This document shows positions 9,328 through 20,146 of a stretch of DNA of 64,000 bases, piece by piece; position 1 is the stretch's first letter; each line of letters starts with the position of its first letter. A program made the position numbers and the translations under genes. Origin of the DNA: an uncultured Planctomycetia bacterium. Lineage in GTDB: Bacteria > Omnitrophota > Gorgyraeia > Tantalellales > Tantalellaceae. The stretch spans positions 4,398 through 68,397 of the forward strand of contig CAZGOZ010000001.1 of NCBI GenBank assembly GCA_964528025.1. Direction: 5' to 3'. The notes beneath the pieces were generated by a model. The model saw only the letters and a program-made list of their open reading frames with translations. It did not search any database and was not told where the DNA came from.

Positions 9328-10326
9328 CTACGCCTCCTCTTCCCCGTCATCGTCCAGCTCCAGACCAAGATGCAGCCCCATTGAGGAGAGAACGCTGTTA
9401 ATCTCATTCAGTGATTTCTTTCCGAAATTCTTATACTTGAGCATTTCTGCTTCTTTTCTTCCCACGAGATCTCCGATTGTCCGAATATTCGCATCAGCCA
9501 GACAATTTGAGCTTCTCACGGATAATTCAAGCTCGGAAATAGGTTTAGTCAATTTATTCCGGAGTTCCGTTTTCTCTCTGGATTCCTCTTCTTTTCCCTC
9601 TATCTCCTCTGTTAATTTTCCTATACCCACAAAAACATCAAGATGCCTCTGAAGCACGTTGGAGGCATATAAAAGCGCCTCTTTCGGTTCCATACTGCCA
9701 TTCGTGAATACATCAAGAATAAGCTTGTCATAGTCGGTAATATGTCCCACTCTTGTATTCTCAACATTCATATTCACTCTTTTCACCGGAGAAAACAGAG
9801 AGTCAATGGCAATCATGCCTGCCGGACTATCCCCGCTCTTGTTCCTCTCTGACGTAACATATCCCCGGCCGCGTTCAACTCTCATTTCAACTTCAAAAGT
9901 GGTGTTTTCCGTCAACGTCGCTATGTGGTGTTCCGGATTCACTATTTCAACCGTTTCATCGGTCTTGATGTCTTTCGCCTTGACCTCTCCCTTTTTCTTC
10001 ACGCTCAGAAATATCGGTTTCGGGGTCTTGAAGTGTGACCGTAGAACCAACCCTTTGAGGTTCATTATTATCTGCGACACGTCTTCATATACTCCCGGAA
10101 TAGTCGAAAATTCGTGAAGCGCCCCTTCAATCTTAACGCGCGTTACTGCCGTTCCCTCCACAGACGACAGCAAAACCCTTCGCAGTGAATTCCCTATCGT
10201 CACGCCGTATCCTTTTTCGAAAGGTTCCGCAATAACCTGCCCGTAAGTCGGAGTGTATGTTTTCTCGTCAAAGATTATTTTCTTGGGTAACTCAAAGTTC
10301 TTCAATTTCATTCCCATCGCGCGCAT
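9328..10326 (-). CDS. rpoA: RNA polymerase alpha subunit
   Basis: EPFEKGYGVTIGNSLRRVLLSS, LSVRSSNCL, NFGKKSL. Confidence 0.98.
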   Translation of the reverse strand: MRAMGMKLKNFELPKKIIFDEKTYTPTYGQVIAEPFEKGYGVTIGNSLRRVLLSSVEGTAVTRVKIEGALHEFSTIPGVYEDVSQIIMNLKGLVLRSHFKTPKPIFLSVKKKGEVKAKDIKTDETVEIVNPEHHIATLTENTTFEVEMRVERGRGYVTSERNKSGDSPAGMIAIDSLFSPVKRVNMNVENTRVGHITDYDKLILDVFTNGSMEPKEALLYASNVLQRHLDVFVGIGKLTEEIEGKEEESREKTELRNKLTKPISELELSVRSSNCLADANIRTIGDLVGRKEAEMLKYKNFGKKSLNEINSVLSSMGLHLGLELDDDGEEEA

Positions 10327-10378
10327 CCCTCCTTCGTCGTAACCCCTGTTCTATTCAACACTTACAAAATGCAACTGA

Positions 10379-11011
10379 TTATTTTGAATATAATTCAACT
10401 ATCAGGCTTTCCTCTATAGCCATCCCGACATCTTTCTTTACCGGCAGCCGTTTTATCTCTGCGGTAAGATCTTCCGGCGAGACCTTAAGCCATTCCGGGG
10501 TTCCCCGATCTTCAAGCATCTTTGTGGTTTCCCTTATGGTTTTCAGCTGTTTTTCTTTTCCTTTTAACACTATTTTATCCCCGGTCTTCACGAGATAAGA
10601 CGGGATATTGACCTTTCGGCCGTTTACCTTCGCAAACCCGTGAGTCACAAGCTGCCGCGCCGAAGAACGACTCACGGCAAAACCGGATCTTTGAACTACA
10701 TTGTCAAGCCGCCGTTCCAGCAATTGCAGAAGCACCTCTCCCGTTGCTCCTCTTGCCCTCTCGGCCTTTTCGAAATAGTTTCTGAACTGCCGTTCAAGAA
10801 TGCCGTATACTCTTTTGGCCTTTTGTTTCTCTCTCAGCTGGGCCTCATACTCCGAGGACTTTCTCCGTTTTCTTTTCTGACCGTGCTGTCCGGGAGCGTA
10901 TTCCCTCCTGGCAAAAGCGCACTTGTCAGAAATGCACCTTACGCCCTTTAAAAACAATTTCTCGCTCTCTCTGCGGCAAAGCCGGCAGGATGCCGCCACG
11001 TTTCTTGCCAT
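10379..11011 (-). CDS. rpsD: 30S ribosomal protein S4
   Basis: [21 protein letters not shown]; start 11011 overlaps rpsK stop. Confidence 0.97.
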   Translation of the reverse strand: MARNVAASCRLCRRESEKLFLKGVRCISDKCAFARREYAPGQHGQKRKRRKSSEYEAQLREKQKAKRVYGILERQFRNYFEKAERARGATGEVLLQLLERRLDNVVQRSGFAVSRSSARQLVTHGFAKVNGRKVNIPSYLVKTGDKIVLKGKEKQLKTIRETTKMLEDRGTPEWLKVSPEDLTAEIKRLPVKKDVGMAIEESLIVELYSK

Positions 11012-11403
11012 TATACTCTTCTCCTTTTCTTCGGCCTGCATCCATTGTGCGGAGTCGGTGTCAGGTCTATTATGGTGCGCACACTAAGGCCTTCGGATCT
11101 GATGCTTCTCACGGCGCTTTCCTTGCCCGAACCGGGCCCTCTGAGAAACACTTCAACGTCCTTTATCCCAAATGACTTCGCCTTCCTGACCGCGTCTTTT
11201 GCCGCCACGGTCGCCGCGAAGGGTGTAGATTTTCTTGATCCCTTGAACCCAACCATGCCGGGCGAACTCCAGCACAGGGTCTTCCCCGCGGTGTCCGTTA
11301 CGGTAACTATGGTATTGTTGAACGTCGCATGGACGTATACCTTTCCGGCGGATACTTTTCTTGTTATTTTCTTACGTTTTTTTGTCTTCGGCCTTTTTTG
11401 CAC
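11011..11403 (-). CDS. rpsK: 30S ribosomal protein S11
   Basis: [29 protein letters not shown]. Confidence 0.97.
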   Translation of the reverse strand: MQKRPKTKKRKKITRKVSAGKVYVHATFNNTIVTVTDTAGKTLCWSSPGMVGFKGSRKSTPFAATVAAKDAVRKAKSFGIKDVEVFLRGPGSGKESAVRSIRSEGLSVRTIIDLTPTPHNGCRPKKRRRV

Positions 11404-11435
11404 GGTTTCCTTTCCTGTCGGGGTTCATCCCGTTA

Positions 11436-11837
11436 TTATTCACTCGGCTTTGCGGGCTTTCTGGCTGCTTTATCCTTGAAGGCCCCTACTGTTTTTTTAG
11501 GCCCCTTTTGAGTCCTGGCATTCGTTTTTGTCCTCTGCCCTCTCACAGGGAGGTTTCTTTTATGCCGCATCCCTCTGTATGTTCCGGCGCTCATCAGTCG
11601 CTTTATATTCCCCGTAACGAGACGCCTAAGGTCTCCCTCAACCTGATATTTCTCCCGGATAATATGCGTGATAGCGTTGAGTTCCTTGTCATCCAGATCC
11701 TTCGCCCTCTTATCGGGAGAAATTCCGGCCTCTTTCAATATTGCACATGAAACCGTTTTTCCTATCCCAAAAATATAAGTAAGCGCTACTTCTATTCGTT
11801 TTTCTTTCGGTATGTCAACTCCAATAATCCTCGGCAT
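11436..11837 (-). CDS. rpsM: 30S ribosomal protein S13
   Basis: [24 protein letters not shown]; start 11837 with GAGGAG RBS. Confidence 0.97.
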   Translation of the reverse strand: MPRIIGVDIPKEKRIEVALTYIFGIGKTVSCAILKEAGISPDKRAKDLDDKELNAITHIIREKYQVEGDLRRLVTGNIKRLMSAGTYRGMRHKRNLPVRGQRTKTNARTQKGPKKTVGAFKDKAARKPAKPSE

Positions 11838-11863
11838 TTTTACTCCTCTTTGTATCGCAAAGT

Positions 11864-11998
11864 CCAAATAACCAATAACCAAGATACAAATAATATTCAA
11901 ATCACAATACCAAAACAGTAACTTTTTTCCTCTTGTTTGATTATTTGAATTTGGTTATTGGTCATTGTTTGGTTATTGTCTCTTGTTTCTTGTTTCTT
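11864..11998. repeat. 7-nt periodic inverted-repeat element (CAAT subfamily)
   Basis: caaataaccaataaccaagatacaaat ... atttggttattggtcattgtttggttattg; shares cttgtttgattatttgaatttggttattg with the right arm of the 15762-16012 element. Confidence 0.75.
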
Positions 11999-12009
11999 TT
12001 AGCTCTCTA

Positions 12010-12123
12010 TTATCCCTGCCGCTGCTTATGCTTTGGGTCCTGGCAGATTACCCGCACAACACCTTTTCGTTTTACTATCTTGCACTTCGTGCACATTTTT
12101 CTTATACTCGGTCTTACTTTCAT
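12010..12123 (-). CDS. rpmJ: 50S ribosomal protein L36
   Basis: Manual translation [37 protein letters not shown]. Confidence 0.97.
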   Translation of the reverse strand: MKVRPSIRKMCTKCKIVKRKGVVRVICQDPKHKQRQG

Positions 12124-12125
12124 GA

Positions 12126-12347
12126 TTACTTCTCTCTTTGCGTTATTCTTCCCCTGCCCAAATCATACGGGGAAAGTTCAACTGTTACCTTGTCTCCCGG
12201 AACAATACGGATAAAATACATTCGCATCTTTCCCGAAACATGCGCAAGCACTATATGTCCATTTTCCAACTTGACCCTGAACATGGCGTTCGGGAGGCAT
12301 TCCGATATCTCACCGATAGCAACAATAGCTTCTTCCTTGGGACTCAT
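12126..12347 (-). CDS. infA: Translation initiation factor IF-1
   Basis: [26 protein letters not shown]. Confidence 0.97.
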   Translation of the reverse strand: MSPKEEAIVAIGEISECLPNAMFRVKLENGHIVLAHVSGKMRMYFIRIVPGDKVTVELSPYDLGRGRITQREK

Positions 12348-13087
12348 GTTATTACCTCCGCTTTCCTGCGCCCGACTTTAACCGTATCTTCAAAATGGGC
12401 CGATAACTTTCCGTCCACCGTCACGGCCGTCCATCCATCCGGCAGGACCTTAATCTTTCTGGTCCCCGCGTTTATCATCGGCTCTATCGCCAGAAGAAGC
12501 CCTTCCTTGAGCACAGGTCCCTTGCCTTTCTCTCCCCAGTTCGGTATCTCGGGAGATTCATGCAGTTTTCTTCCGATCCCGTGCCCTACAAACATTCGGA
12601 CTTCCTTGAATCCTTTTTTCTGGGCAAATACCTGAATGGCATTGGATATATCCGAAACCCTGTTGCCTTCAATGGCCTGCTCTATACCCTTCACAAGACA
12701 TTCTCTCGTGACATCAATCAGATGCCTTGCGCTATCGCTTATTTTTCCGACACTAAATGTCCGCGCCGCGTCCGTGTAATAACCGTTCTTTTTAACCCCA
12801 ACGTCAATTCCGATTATATCCCCTTCAGCAAGAACCGCCTTCCGTGAAGGCATTCCGTGGACAACAACATCGTTAATGGAAGCGCATATCGTCGCCGGAA
12901 AACCCTTGTATCCTTTGAACGCCGGTTCCGCGCCTCTTGCCAGGATTATGTCTTCAGCGCCCTTATCCAAAACTGCGGTGGACACCCCTTCGGCTATGTT
13001 CTTCTTCATCCAGGAAAATATCTCTCTTATTATTTCCCCGCCTTCACGGATTCGCCGGATTTCATTATTGTCCGTTATCACCGTCAT
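12344..13087 (-). CDS. map: Methionine aminopeptidase type I
   Basis: [34 protein letters not shown]. Confidence 0.96.
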   Translation of the reverse strand: MTVITDNNEIRRIREGGEIIREIFSWMKKNIAEGVSTAVLDKGAEDIILARGAEPAFKGYKGFPATICASINDVVVHGMPSRKAVLAEGDIIGIDVGVKKNGYYTDAARTFSVGKISDSARHLIDVTRECLVKGIEQAIEGNRVSDISNAIQVFAQKKGFKEVRMFVGHGIGRKLHESPEIPNWGEKGKGPVLKEGLLLAIEPMINAGTRKIKVLPDGWTAVTVDGKLSAHFEDTVKVGRRKAEVIT

Positions 13088-13760
13088 TTATCAGGCCTTC
13101 CTGACGAAAAAGAGCGTCTATATCATCAAAGAGCTGTTTAGCCGGGAGATCACCGTTAACTTCTCTTAAAAGACCTTTTTTCATGTAATACTCAATAAGG
13201 TCTTTCGTGCGTTCCTTATAAACTGTTAACCGATTTTTTACCGTTTCCGGTTTATCATCTTCCCGCTGTATAAGTTCTCCGCCGCAAACGTCGCATATTC
13301 CATCTTTTGTCGGAGGCATGTTAGTAACGTGATAGTTCTTATTACACTTACCGCAAACTCTCCGTCCGGAAAGCCTCTCAATAGCAACTTTCTCGGTTGT
13401 TTCAAAATACAGCACAACATTCAAAGAACGTTCTTCCTTGATCAGCGCGTCATCAAGCGATTTTGCCTGCGGAACAGTTCTCGGATATCCATCAAATATC
13501 ACGCCGCCTGCAGCGTCCGGCTTGGCCATCCGCTCTACCATGATACGCGTCACGACGGAATCGGGAACAAGCTCCCCGGAATTCATATACTTCTCGGCCT
13601 CTATCCCTGTTTCGGTGCCTTCTTTCACGGCTTCGCGCAGCATGTCGCCCGTAGAAACATGGAGCAGATGATACGCTTTTGTCAAATAGCCTGCCTGCGT
13701 TCCCTTGCCGGCGCCGGGAGGTCCCAGAAGGACCAAATTAAACTCCTTATTCACCATCAT
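13065..13760 (-). CDS. adk: Adenylate kinase (Zn-lid type)
   Basis: GPPGAGKGTQA, STGDMLR, FDGYPR, four-Cys lid; canonical secY-adk-map position. Confidence 0.98.
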   Translation of the reverse strand: MMVNKEFNLVLLGPPGAGKGTQAGYLTKAYHLLHVSTGDMLREAVKEGTETGIEAEKYMNSGELVPDSVVTRIMVERMAKPDAAGGVIFDGYPRTVPQAKSLDDALIKEERSLNVVLYFETTEKVAIERLSGRRVCGKCNKNYHVTNMPPTKDGICDVCGGELIQREDDKPETVKNRLTVYKERTKDLIEYYMKKGLLREVNGDLPAKQLFDDIDALFRQEGLINDGDNGQ

Positions 13761-15106
13761 GCCATTCGTCCCCGTACTCGTCCTTTTTTCATGAACCCCT
13801 CATAATGCCTCGTAAGCATGTGCGATTCCACCTGTCTCATCGTGTCCAGCATAACTCCGACAACGATCAGCAGGCCGGTGCCGCCGAAAAAACTGGCAAC
13901 GAGAAAGGGTATGCCCATCTGACTGTTTATCACGCTCGGCAAAACCGCTATGACGGTAAGAAACAAGGCGCCCGGCAACGTTATGCGCGTCATTATAAAA
14001 TCAAGATATTCGGCAGTTTGCTTCCCGGGCCTTATCCCCGGCACGAACCCCCCGAACCGTTTCATGTTATTTGCCATATCAATAGGGTTAAAAGTTATTG
14101 CCGCGTAAAAATAACAGAAAAATAATATAAGAAATGAATACACCACATAATAAAGTGGTCTTCCCATCATGAGGGAACTCGCAAGTGTCTGCACTGTTCT
14201 GTGCGGAACAAAACCGGCAATCGTTGCCGGAAATAATATAATTGACTGCGCGAATATAATGGGGATAACACCGCCCTGGTTAACCCTCAAAGGTATATAT
14301 GTGCTCTGTCCGCCGTATACCCTTCTTCCGATAACCCTTTTGGCATACTGAATCGGAATCTTCCTCTGCCCCTGCGTTATGAGGACAACGGCAACAATAA
14401 CACCCACGAACATGAGCGCAAGAAAAACCAGCTTGAACGGGTCTATCTGCGCCTCACCACTGCTTCCCGGCGATGCCAATGAACCAAGCTGTATAATAGC
14501 CGCCGGCAACCTTGAAACGATACCGGCCGTAATTATCAGTGAAATACCGTTGCCGATTCCCTTTTCCTGTATCTGCTCGCCAAGCCACATGATAAACGCC
14601 GTTCCCGTCGTAAGCGTGATAACGGACAATATCCGAAAGCCCAATCCCGGATACTGGACAATCTGCATGCCCTGGAAATGCGCGGGGTTTTCCAGCCACA
14701 ACGCTATAAAAAATGACTGCACGAGAGCAAGCCCTATCGTACAGTATCTCGTATATTGAGTTATGGCCTTGCGGCCTTCCTCTCCCTGCTTCGCAAGGCG
14801 TTCCAGTGCCGGAATAACCGTCGTCAAAAGCTGTAGAATGATTGACGCGGATATATATGGCATGATACCAAGAGCAAATATGGTTAACCGCTGCATGGCA
14901 CCGCCGGAAAACATGTTCATTATGCCTAACAGCGTTCCGCCCTGTGTCTTCGCAATATTATCAAAGAACTGCGCCAACTGCTGACCGTCTATACCCGGCG
15001 TCGGAACAAAAGCGCCTATCCTGTACACGGCTATCAACCCGAGAGTGAACAGGATCTTTTTTTTCAAATCTGGAATTTTGAAAATATTTACAAAAGCGTC
15101 AAACAC
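13757..15106 (-). CDS. secY: Preprotein translocase SecY
   Basis: ALGIMPYISASII, WLGEQI, GIGNGIS, PGIRPG, GGTGLLI. Confidence 0.98.
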   Translation of the reverse strand: MFDAFVNIFKIPDLKKKILFTLGLIAVYRIGAFVPTPGIDGQQLAQFFDNIAKTQGGTLLGIMNMFSGGAMQRLTIFALGIMPYISASIILQLLTTVIPALERLAKQGEEGRKAITQYTRYCTIGLALVQSFFIALWLENPAHFQGMQIVQYPGLGFRILSVITLTTGTAFIMWLGEQIQEKGIGNGISLIITAGIVSRLPAAIIQLGSLASPGSSGEAQIDPFKLVFLALMFVGVIVAVVLITQGQRKIPIQYAKRVIGRRVYGGQSTYIPLRVNQGGVIPIIFAQSIILFPATIAGFVPHRTVQTLASSLMMGRPLYYVVYSFLILFFCYFYAAITFNPIDMANNMKRFGGFVPGIRPGKQTAEYLDFIMTRITLPGALFLTVIAVLPSVINSQMGIPFLVASFFGGTGLLIVVGVMLDTMRQVESHMLTRHYEGFMKKGRVRGRMA

Positions 15107-15149
15107 CCATTACTCCTATCTCAAATCTCAAAAACAACAGATGACCAAT

Positions 15150-15285
15150 CGTTAAATTCAAATGACAAAGCACAAAATCCAAAATAAATCCAAAACCTCA
15201 AATCCAAATAACTAAACATTTGTTCCTTATGAGTTTTGTCATTTGTGCTCATTTTGTGCTTTGAATTTTGTCATTTGACATTATT
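15150..15285. repeat. 7-nt periodic inverted-repeat element (CAAA subfamily)
   Basis: aaattcaaatgacaaagcacaaaatcc ... ttttgtgctttgaattttgtcatttgac; overlaps rplO stop. Confidence 0.75.
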
Positions 15286-15735
15286 TATTGCTTTACCGCC
15301 GGCTTCTTCAATGGCTTTTTTCGCCGCCAGTGAAAACGCATCGGCCTTCACGGTTATCGCCTTGTCTAATCTTCCTTTTGCCAGAACCTTGAGCTGTAAT
15401 CCTTTTTTTCGGATAATCCTCTTCTCAAGCAAAAAAGCGTTATCAATAACCGCTCCGTCCACGATCGCCTCGACCCTCTGCAGAGTGCCTGTGTTTATAA
15501 CATTTTTTGCCCGTCTAAACTTGTTCGTAAACCCTCTCTTGGGAATGCGTCTCACCAGAGGCATCTGTCCACCCTCAAACCCGGGATTGTAAACGCCGCC
15601 GCCGGATCGCGATTTCGCCCCTTTGTGCCCGCGGCCACTGGTCTTTCCGCGCCCTGAACCTATACCGCGTCCTTTGCGTTTACCCGGCTTTTTTATTCCC
15701 CGCGGTCTCTTGATGTCTTCTATTCTAAGTGCCAT
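15271..15735 (-). CDS. rplO: 50S ribosomal protein L15
   Basis: GRGIGSGRGKTSGRGHKG, GFEGGQMPL. Confidence 0.97.
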   Translation of the reverse strand: MALRIEDIKRPRGIKKPGKRKGRGIGSGRGKTSGRGHKGAKSRSGGGVYNPGFEGGQMPLVRRIPKRGFTNKFRRAKNVINTGTLQRVEAIVDGAVIDNAFLLEKRIIRKKGLQLKVLAKGRLDKAITVKADAFSLAAKKAIEEAGGKAINNVK

Positions 15736-15761
15736 CTATCCACCCTTTTTAATGCAATGTT

Positions 15762-16012
15762 TAAATAACCAATAATCAAGAAACAAGATACAAATAAATT
15801 CCAATAATCAATAACCAAACATAATACTGTCAACAACTATTCAAAATTTGCCTGGGACATTGTCATTCTGAGGCCTCGAAGAGGCCGAAAAATCCAATCC
15901 TCTAGATCCTTCGTCGCTTCGCTCCTCAGGATGACGGCTTGGCTTCGTTTCTTGTTTGATTATTTGAATTTGGTTATTGATCATTGTTTGTCTCTTGTCT
16001 CTTGTTTCTTGT
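15762..16012. repeat. 7-nt periodic element with nested GTCATTCTGAG...CTCAGGATGAC palindromic element (15862-15935)
   Basis: Arms resemble 11864-11998; nested terminal inverted repeats gtcattctgagg / cctcaggatgac. Confidence 0.75.
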
Positions 16013-16609
16013 ATCTTTATCTATTATCTTGTCTCTTCTTCTCTCTGACCGCAGCTGTTCAAGTCCACACAGAGCGGCTTTAACAACATTTATGGCGTTT
16101 CTTGATCCGAGACTTTTCGTGAGAATATTTTTTATGCCTGCCGCCTCACAAACCGCTCTCACGGGTCCACCTGCGATTACCCCTGTTCCCGGCGAGGCCG
16201 GCTTCAAAAGTACCCTCGATGCCTTGTACTTGCCTATCACTTCATGCGGTATGGTATCGCCCTTTAGATTAATCGAAACAAGGTTCTTTTTCGCCTTTAC
16301 CACGCCCTTTTTTATTGATTCCACTACTTCATTGGATTTTCCGAATCCCACACCGACGCGTCCTTTACCATCGCCCGTAACAACAAGAGCGCTGAAAGAA
16401 AAATTTCTGCCGCCCTTTACGACCTTTGATACCCTGTTTATCTTCACGACGTGTTCAGGGAATTCCTTGTCGGTTTTTTTCCCAAAACCGCCCCCGCCTC
16501 TTGAGGGCCTTCTTGCCGGTCTATTTTTATTTTCGCGGCCCGCGTCTCCGGGGGTTACAACAGGTGTTTCTCCGGGTGTTACGACGGGTTTTTCTTCTTT
16601 GTTCTGCAT
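15974..16609 (-). CDS. rpsE: 30S ribosomal protein S5
   Basis: [24 protein letters not shown]. Confidence 0.97.
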   Translation of the reverse strand: MQNKEEKPVVTPGETPVVTPGDAGRENKNRPARRPSRGGGGFGKKTDKEFPEHVVKINRVSKVVKGGRNFSFSALVVTGDGKGRVGVGFGKSNEVVESIKKGVVKAKKNLVSINLKGDTIPHEVIGKYKASRVLLKPASPGTGVIAGGPVRAVCEAAGIKNILTKSLGSRNAINVVKAALCGLEQLRSERRRDKIIDKDTRNKRQETNNDQ

Positions 16610-16629
16610 CTATCCTCCTGGCGAAAAGC

Positions 16630-16992
16630 CTAAAATTCCAACCCTTTTTTTCTTGCCGCTTCGGCAACAGCCTTCACAACCCCGTGATACTGATATCCCG
16701 ATCTATCAAACACTATTTTTTTTATGCCCTTTTTTGTAGCGATGTCCGCTATTTTTTCGCCCAGAATTTCTGCGAAATGCGCGTTCTTTCGCGTATACTG
16801 ACCGGGCTTGTCCTTTGAGGCCAAAACGGCGGTAGATACGCCGCATAGCGTTTTGCTATTCACGTCATCCACTACCTGAACATAAATGTTCCGATTGCTC
16901 TTATGCACACACATCCGGGGTTTTTCAGGCGTACCGGAAATTTTTTTCCGTATTGATTTTTTTCGTCTTTTTCTTTGTTTCGCCGCATCCAT
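16630..16992 (-). CDS. rplR: 50S ribosomal protein L18
   Basis: GTPEKPR, VFDRSGYQYHG, ARKKGLEF. Confidence 0.96.
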   Translation of the reverse strand: MDAAKQRKRRKKSIRKKISGTPEKPRMCVHKSNRNIYVQVVDDVNSKTLCGVSTAVLASKDKPGQYTRKNAHFAEILGEKIADIATKKGIKKIVFDRSGYQYHGVVKAVAEAARKKGLEF

Positions 16993-17010
16993 TTTTACAC
17001 CGCAACTTTC

Positions 17011-17547
17011 TTAAGCCACACTCTTACCCTGTTTCTGTCTCACATATTCGCCTTCATACCTGATTCCTTTACCCTTATATGGTTCGGGAGGATAAAACTG
17101 GCGTATCTTAGCCGCAACTTCACCGACCTTCTGTTTGTCTACCCCTTTGACCGAAATCTCTGTGGGGCTCACGATTTCCACCTTTACATCTTCCGGCGGA
17201 ATATAATTTATACTGTGCGAAAAACCCAAATCCAGAACCAGCGTTTTACCCTTCATCTGCGCTTTATATCCTACGCCCTGAATCTTAAGCTTCTTCTGAA
17301 AAGCAGTTTTAAGCCCCGTAACCATATTCTGAATAAGGCTTCTCGTCGTGCCATGCAGCGCCCTCATCGTCCGCGAATCGGAAGGCCTGACAATAATGAC
17401 CTGATTATCCTTGAGCTCTGCGATAAACCCCTCCGGTATGGTGTGTTCAAGGGATTTTCCGCCTCCCTCAACCTTTACCAGGGTTTCTTTTATTTCAATC
17501 TTTATCCCGGCCGGAATATCAATCGGCCGTCTTCCTACTCTTGACAT
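17011..17547 (-). CDS. rplF: 50S ribosomal protein L6
   Basis: MSRVGRRPI, PEPYKGKGIRY. Confidence 0.97.
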   Translation of the reverse strand: MSRVGRRPIDIPAGIKIEIKETLVKVEGGGKSLEHTIPEGFIAELKDNQVIIVRPSDSRTMRALHGTTRSLIQNMVTGLKTAFQKKLKIQGVGYKAQMKGKTLVLDLGFSHSINYIPPEDVKVEIVSPTEISVKGVDKQKVGEVAAKIRQFYPPEPYKGKGIRYEGEYVRQKQGKSVA

Positions 17548-17563
17548 TTTTATTTACTCCTTA

Positions 17564-17634
17564 TGTCATTCCCGCGCAAGCGGGAATCTATCTGGTCCTT
17601 TTCATTCTGGATCCCCGCTTCCGCGGGGATGACA
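17564..17634. repeat. Inverted doublet of TGTCATTCCCGC...GCGGGAATC REP-like palindromes
   Basis: tgtcattcccgcgcaagcgggaatc ... gatccccgcttccgcggggatgaca; related copies at 3221, 44785, 52376. Confidence 0.8.
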
Positions 17635-17643
17635 GAGCCTTTG

Positions 17644-18042
17644 TTACCATATCTTACAGATAATCTCTCCGCCGAGGCCAAGCTCACGCGCTTGGCTATC
17701 GGTCAAAAGACCTTTGCTTGTAGAAAGAACTGAAATTCCCACACCACCCATCACGCTTTTTACTTTTTTTGCCGAAAGATACGTGCGGCGGCCCGGTTTT
17801 GAGATCCTATTCAGTGTATTCATCACCGGGGTTCCGTCCTCAAGACTCTTCAGATACACCTTTATTTTCCCCTGCCGGGTATCTTCAATAACCTTGTAGT
17901 TCTCGATAAAACCCTCTTTTTTCATTATCTCAACGATTCCCTCTATAATACCGGATCGCTTTATGATAACATCTTTTTTGCCGGCCATGATGGCATTTCT
18001 CATCACTGTCAGCTGGTCTGCAATTAAATCCGTGACACTCAT
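17644..18042 (-). CDS. rpsH: 30S ribosomal protein S8
   Basis: DLIADQLTVMRNA, RISKPGRR, STSKG. Confidence 0.96.
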   Translation of the reverse strand: MSVTDLIADQLTVMRNAIMAGKKDVIIKRSGIIEGIVEIMKKEGFIENYKVIEDTRQGKIKVYLKSLEDGTPVMNTLNRISKPGRRTYLSAKKVKSVMGGVGISVLSTSKGLLTDSQARELGLGGEIICKIW

Positions 18043-18105
18043 GTATTACCTTTCCTGATTATTTCTCAACCGTTTTCTCCGGAGCTCCGCTTTCCTCGCG
18101 GAACT

Positions 18106-18291
18106 CTACCAACTTGCCTTTTTAACACCCGGGATATCACCGCGCGAAGCCAATTCCCGGAAACAGATACGGCATAATTTAAACCGCTTCAGATATCCCT
18201 TCTTTCTTCCGCAGATCTGGCATCTGGTGATGACTCTCGTTGAGAATTTTGGTTTTCTTTTTGATTTTTCTATAAGCGCTTTCTTAGCCAT
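18106..18291 (-). CDS. rpsN: 30S ribosomal protein S14 (short, Zn-binding type)
   Basis: [25 protein letters not shown]. Confidence 0.97.
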   Translation of the reverse strand: MAKKALIEKSKRKPKFSTRVITRCQICGRKKGYLKRFKLCRICFRELASRGDIPGVKKASW

Positions 18292-18309
18292 ATGATTTTC
18301 TTTCCCATT

Positions 18310-18431
18310 GCGACACTGAATGCACTGAATTTTGCAGAGAACACTGGATTCAGTGCCGTCTATCCCCTTCAGTATCCTCTGTGTTGCATTCTTCAGTGTC
18401 CTCTGTCTTTTTCTCAGTGTTCTCTGTGTTA
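18310..18431. repeat. 9-nt periodic inverted-repeat element (ACACTGAAT / CTCTGTGTT)
   Basis: Homologous to 29290-29368 and 37785-37910. Confidence 0.8.
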
Positions 18432-18995
18432 CCGCTTCTCAAAAGGCATTCCGAACCCCTCAAGCAACGCCTTCGATTCTTCTTTAGCACAGGCAGTCAT
18501 AACAAAACAGATATCCATACCGTGAGTTACCGGCACCTTGTCCAGCTCCAGCTCGGGGAATATCGTCTGTTCTTTTATCCCTAATGTATAATTTCCCTGC
18601 TGATCAAAAGATGTCACGGATACACCGCGAAAATCCCGTATTCTCGGAATAACAAAATTTATCAGCCGGTCCAAAAATTCATACATGCGAACCCTTCGCA
18701 ATGTTGTTTTATATCCAACGGGGGCTCCTATACGCACCTTAAAATTGGAAATCGCCTTTTTGGTTCTTCTCAGAGAAGGTTTCTGCCCGGTCAAAGACGC
18801 AATTTCATCTCTCAACGGCTCTACCAAATCTTTCTGCTGGGACATCTCGCCCATTCCTACGTTAACCACAATCTTTTCGAGACGCGGAACGTTCATTCTG
18901 TTCTTGTATCCGAATTTCTTCATCAACGCAGGAACAATATCCTTTTCGTATAAATCTTTAAGCCGTGCTGTGTTTGTTTTTTTATTATCTGTCAT
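18429..18995 (-). CDS. rplE: 50S ribosomal protein L5
   Basis: [26 protein letters not shown]. Confidence 0.97.
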   Translation of the reverse strand: MTDNKKTNTARLKDLYEKDIVPALMKKFGYKNRMNVPRLEKIVVNVGMGEMSQQKDLVEPLRDEIASLTGQKPSLRRTKKAISNFKVRIGAPVGYKTTLRRVRMYEFLDRLINFVIPRIRDFRGVSVTSFDQQGNYTLGIKEQTIFPELELDKVPVTHGMDICFVMTACAKEESKALLEGFGMPFEKR

Positions 18996-18996
18996 T

Positions 18997-19308
18997 TTAT
19001 AACGCCTCTTTACATTTCTTGCAAAAACGGGTCTTACTGCCGTCCTTTAGTATGTCTTTGCCTGTCCTGGTGGGGCGGTTACAGCCCTTGCAGAGAATGG
19101 CCAGATTCGAAACATGAATAGAGGCCTCTCTATGCATGATACCGCCTTCCGAGTCCTGCTTCGTCTTTTTGAGGTGTTTTATCGCAAAATTCACCCCTTG
19201 CACGATAGCGCGCTTTTTTTCAGGGTTAATTCTCAACACTTTTCCGGTTTTTCCTTTATCTTTACCGGCCATAACTTTTACTGTATCGTTTTTTATTATA
19301 TGTCCCAT
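18997..19308 (-). CDS. rplX: 50S ribosomal protein L24
   Basis: AGKDKGKTGKV, EASIHVSN. Confidence 0.96.
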   Translation of the reverse strand: MGHIIKNDTVKVMAGKDKGKTGKVLRINPEKKRAIVQGVNFAIKHLKKTKQDSEGGIMHREASIHVSNLAILCKGCNRPTRTGKDILKDGSKTRFCKKCKEAL

Positions 19309-19320
19309 AACATTCCTCGT

Positions 19321-19689
19321 TTAAATAACTTCCGGCGCCAGAGATACAATCTTCATGAATTTCTTCCCGCGAAGTTCGCGAGCGACCGGTCCAAACACGC
19401 GCGTTCCGCGCGGATTTCCGTCTTTATCAATTACTACTACGGCGTTGTGATCAAATTTAAGAACCGTCCCATCCTTGCGCAATATCGGATAGGCCGTTCG
19501 CACGACCACGGCGCGAACCACTTCGCCTTTTTTAACCTCCGCGGCGGGCGTAGACTCCTTGATATTACACGTAATCACGTCGCCTATCGTTGCCATGTAT
19601 TTTCCGGATCTCCCGATAACACCTATCATAGAGGCTTTTTTAGCGCCGCTGTTATCAGCAACATCCAACCTGCTGCCCATTATAATCAT
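19321..19689 (-). CDS. rplN: 50S ribosomal protein L14
   Basis: [26 protein letters not shown]. Confidence 0.97.
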   Translation of the reverse strand: MIIMGSRLDVADNSGAKKASMIGVIGRSGKYMATIGDVITCNIKESTPAAEVKKGEVVRAVVVRTAYPILRKDGTVLKFDHNAVVVIDKDGNPRGTRVFGPVARELRGKKFMKIVSLAPEVI

Positions 19690-19695
19690 AGCCGA

Positions 19696-19962
19696 TCAGC
19701 CTCTCTGCTTTTTTTCCAGAATTTCCACGAGGCGCCAGGCCTTGTTCTTGGAAATCGGACGCGTTTCGATTATCCGGACCATGTCCCCGGCTTTTGATCT
19801 ATTTTCCGCATCATGCGCCTTAACCTTCATACGCTGTTTTATGAATTTTCCGTATATGGGATGTCTCTTACGAGTTTCCCATCCAACCGTGATGCTCTTA
19901 TCCATGCTCGCGCTTATAACCGTGCCGGTTATTTCTTTTTTATTGGGTCTAGTGCCCTTCAC
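19696..19962 (-). CDS. rpsQ: 30S ribosomal protein S17
   Basis: MDKSITV, HPIYGK, ETRPISK. Confidence 0.96.
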   Translation of the reverse strand: MKGTRPNKKEITGTVISASMDKSITVGWETRKRHPIYGKFIKQRMKVKAHDAENRSKAGDMVRIIETRPISKNKAWRLVEILEKKQRG

Positions 19963-20146
19963 TATTCTTCTCCTTCAAAATGGTGTAACATCTGGCTATA
20001 TCGCGCCTCAGGGAACAGAAACGGTTCGGTCTCTCTATCCTGCCGGTCGTAATCTCCGCCCTCAGTTTGAACAATTGCTCTTTTATATCCAAAAGCTTGT
20101 GTTCAACCTCGGGTACGGTCATGTTCCTTATTTCGCTCGCTTTCAA
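19949..20146 (-). CDS. rpmC: 50S ribosomal protein L29
   Basis: MKASEIR, LFKLR, RRDIAR; position between rplP and rpsQ. Confidence 0.93.
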   Translation of the reverse strand: MKASEIRNMTVPEVEHKLLDIKEQLFKLRAEITTGRIERPNRFCSLRRDIARCYTILKEKNSEGH

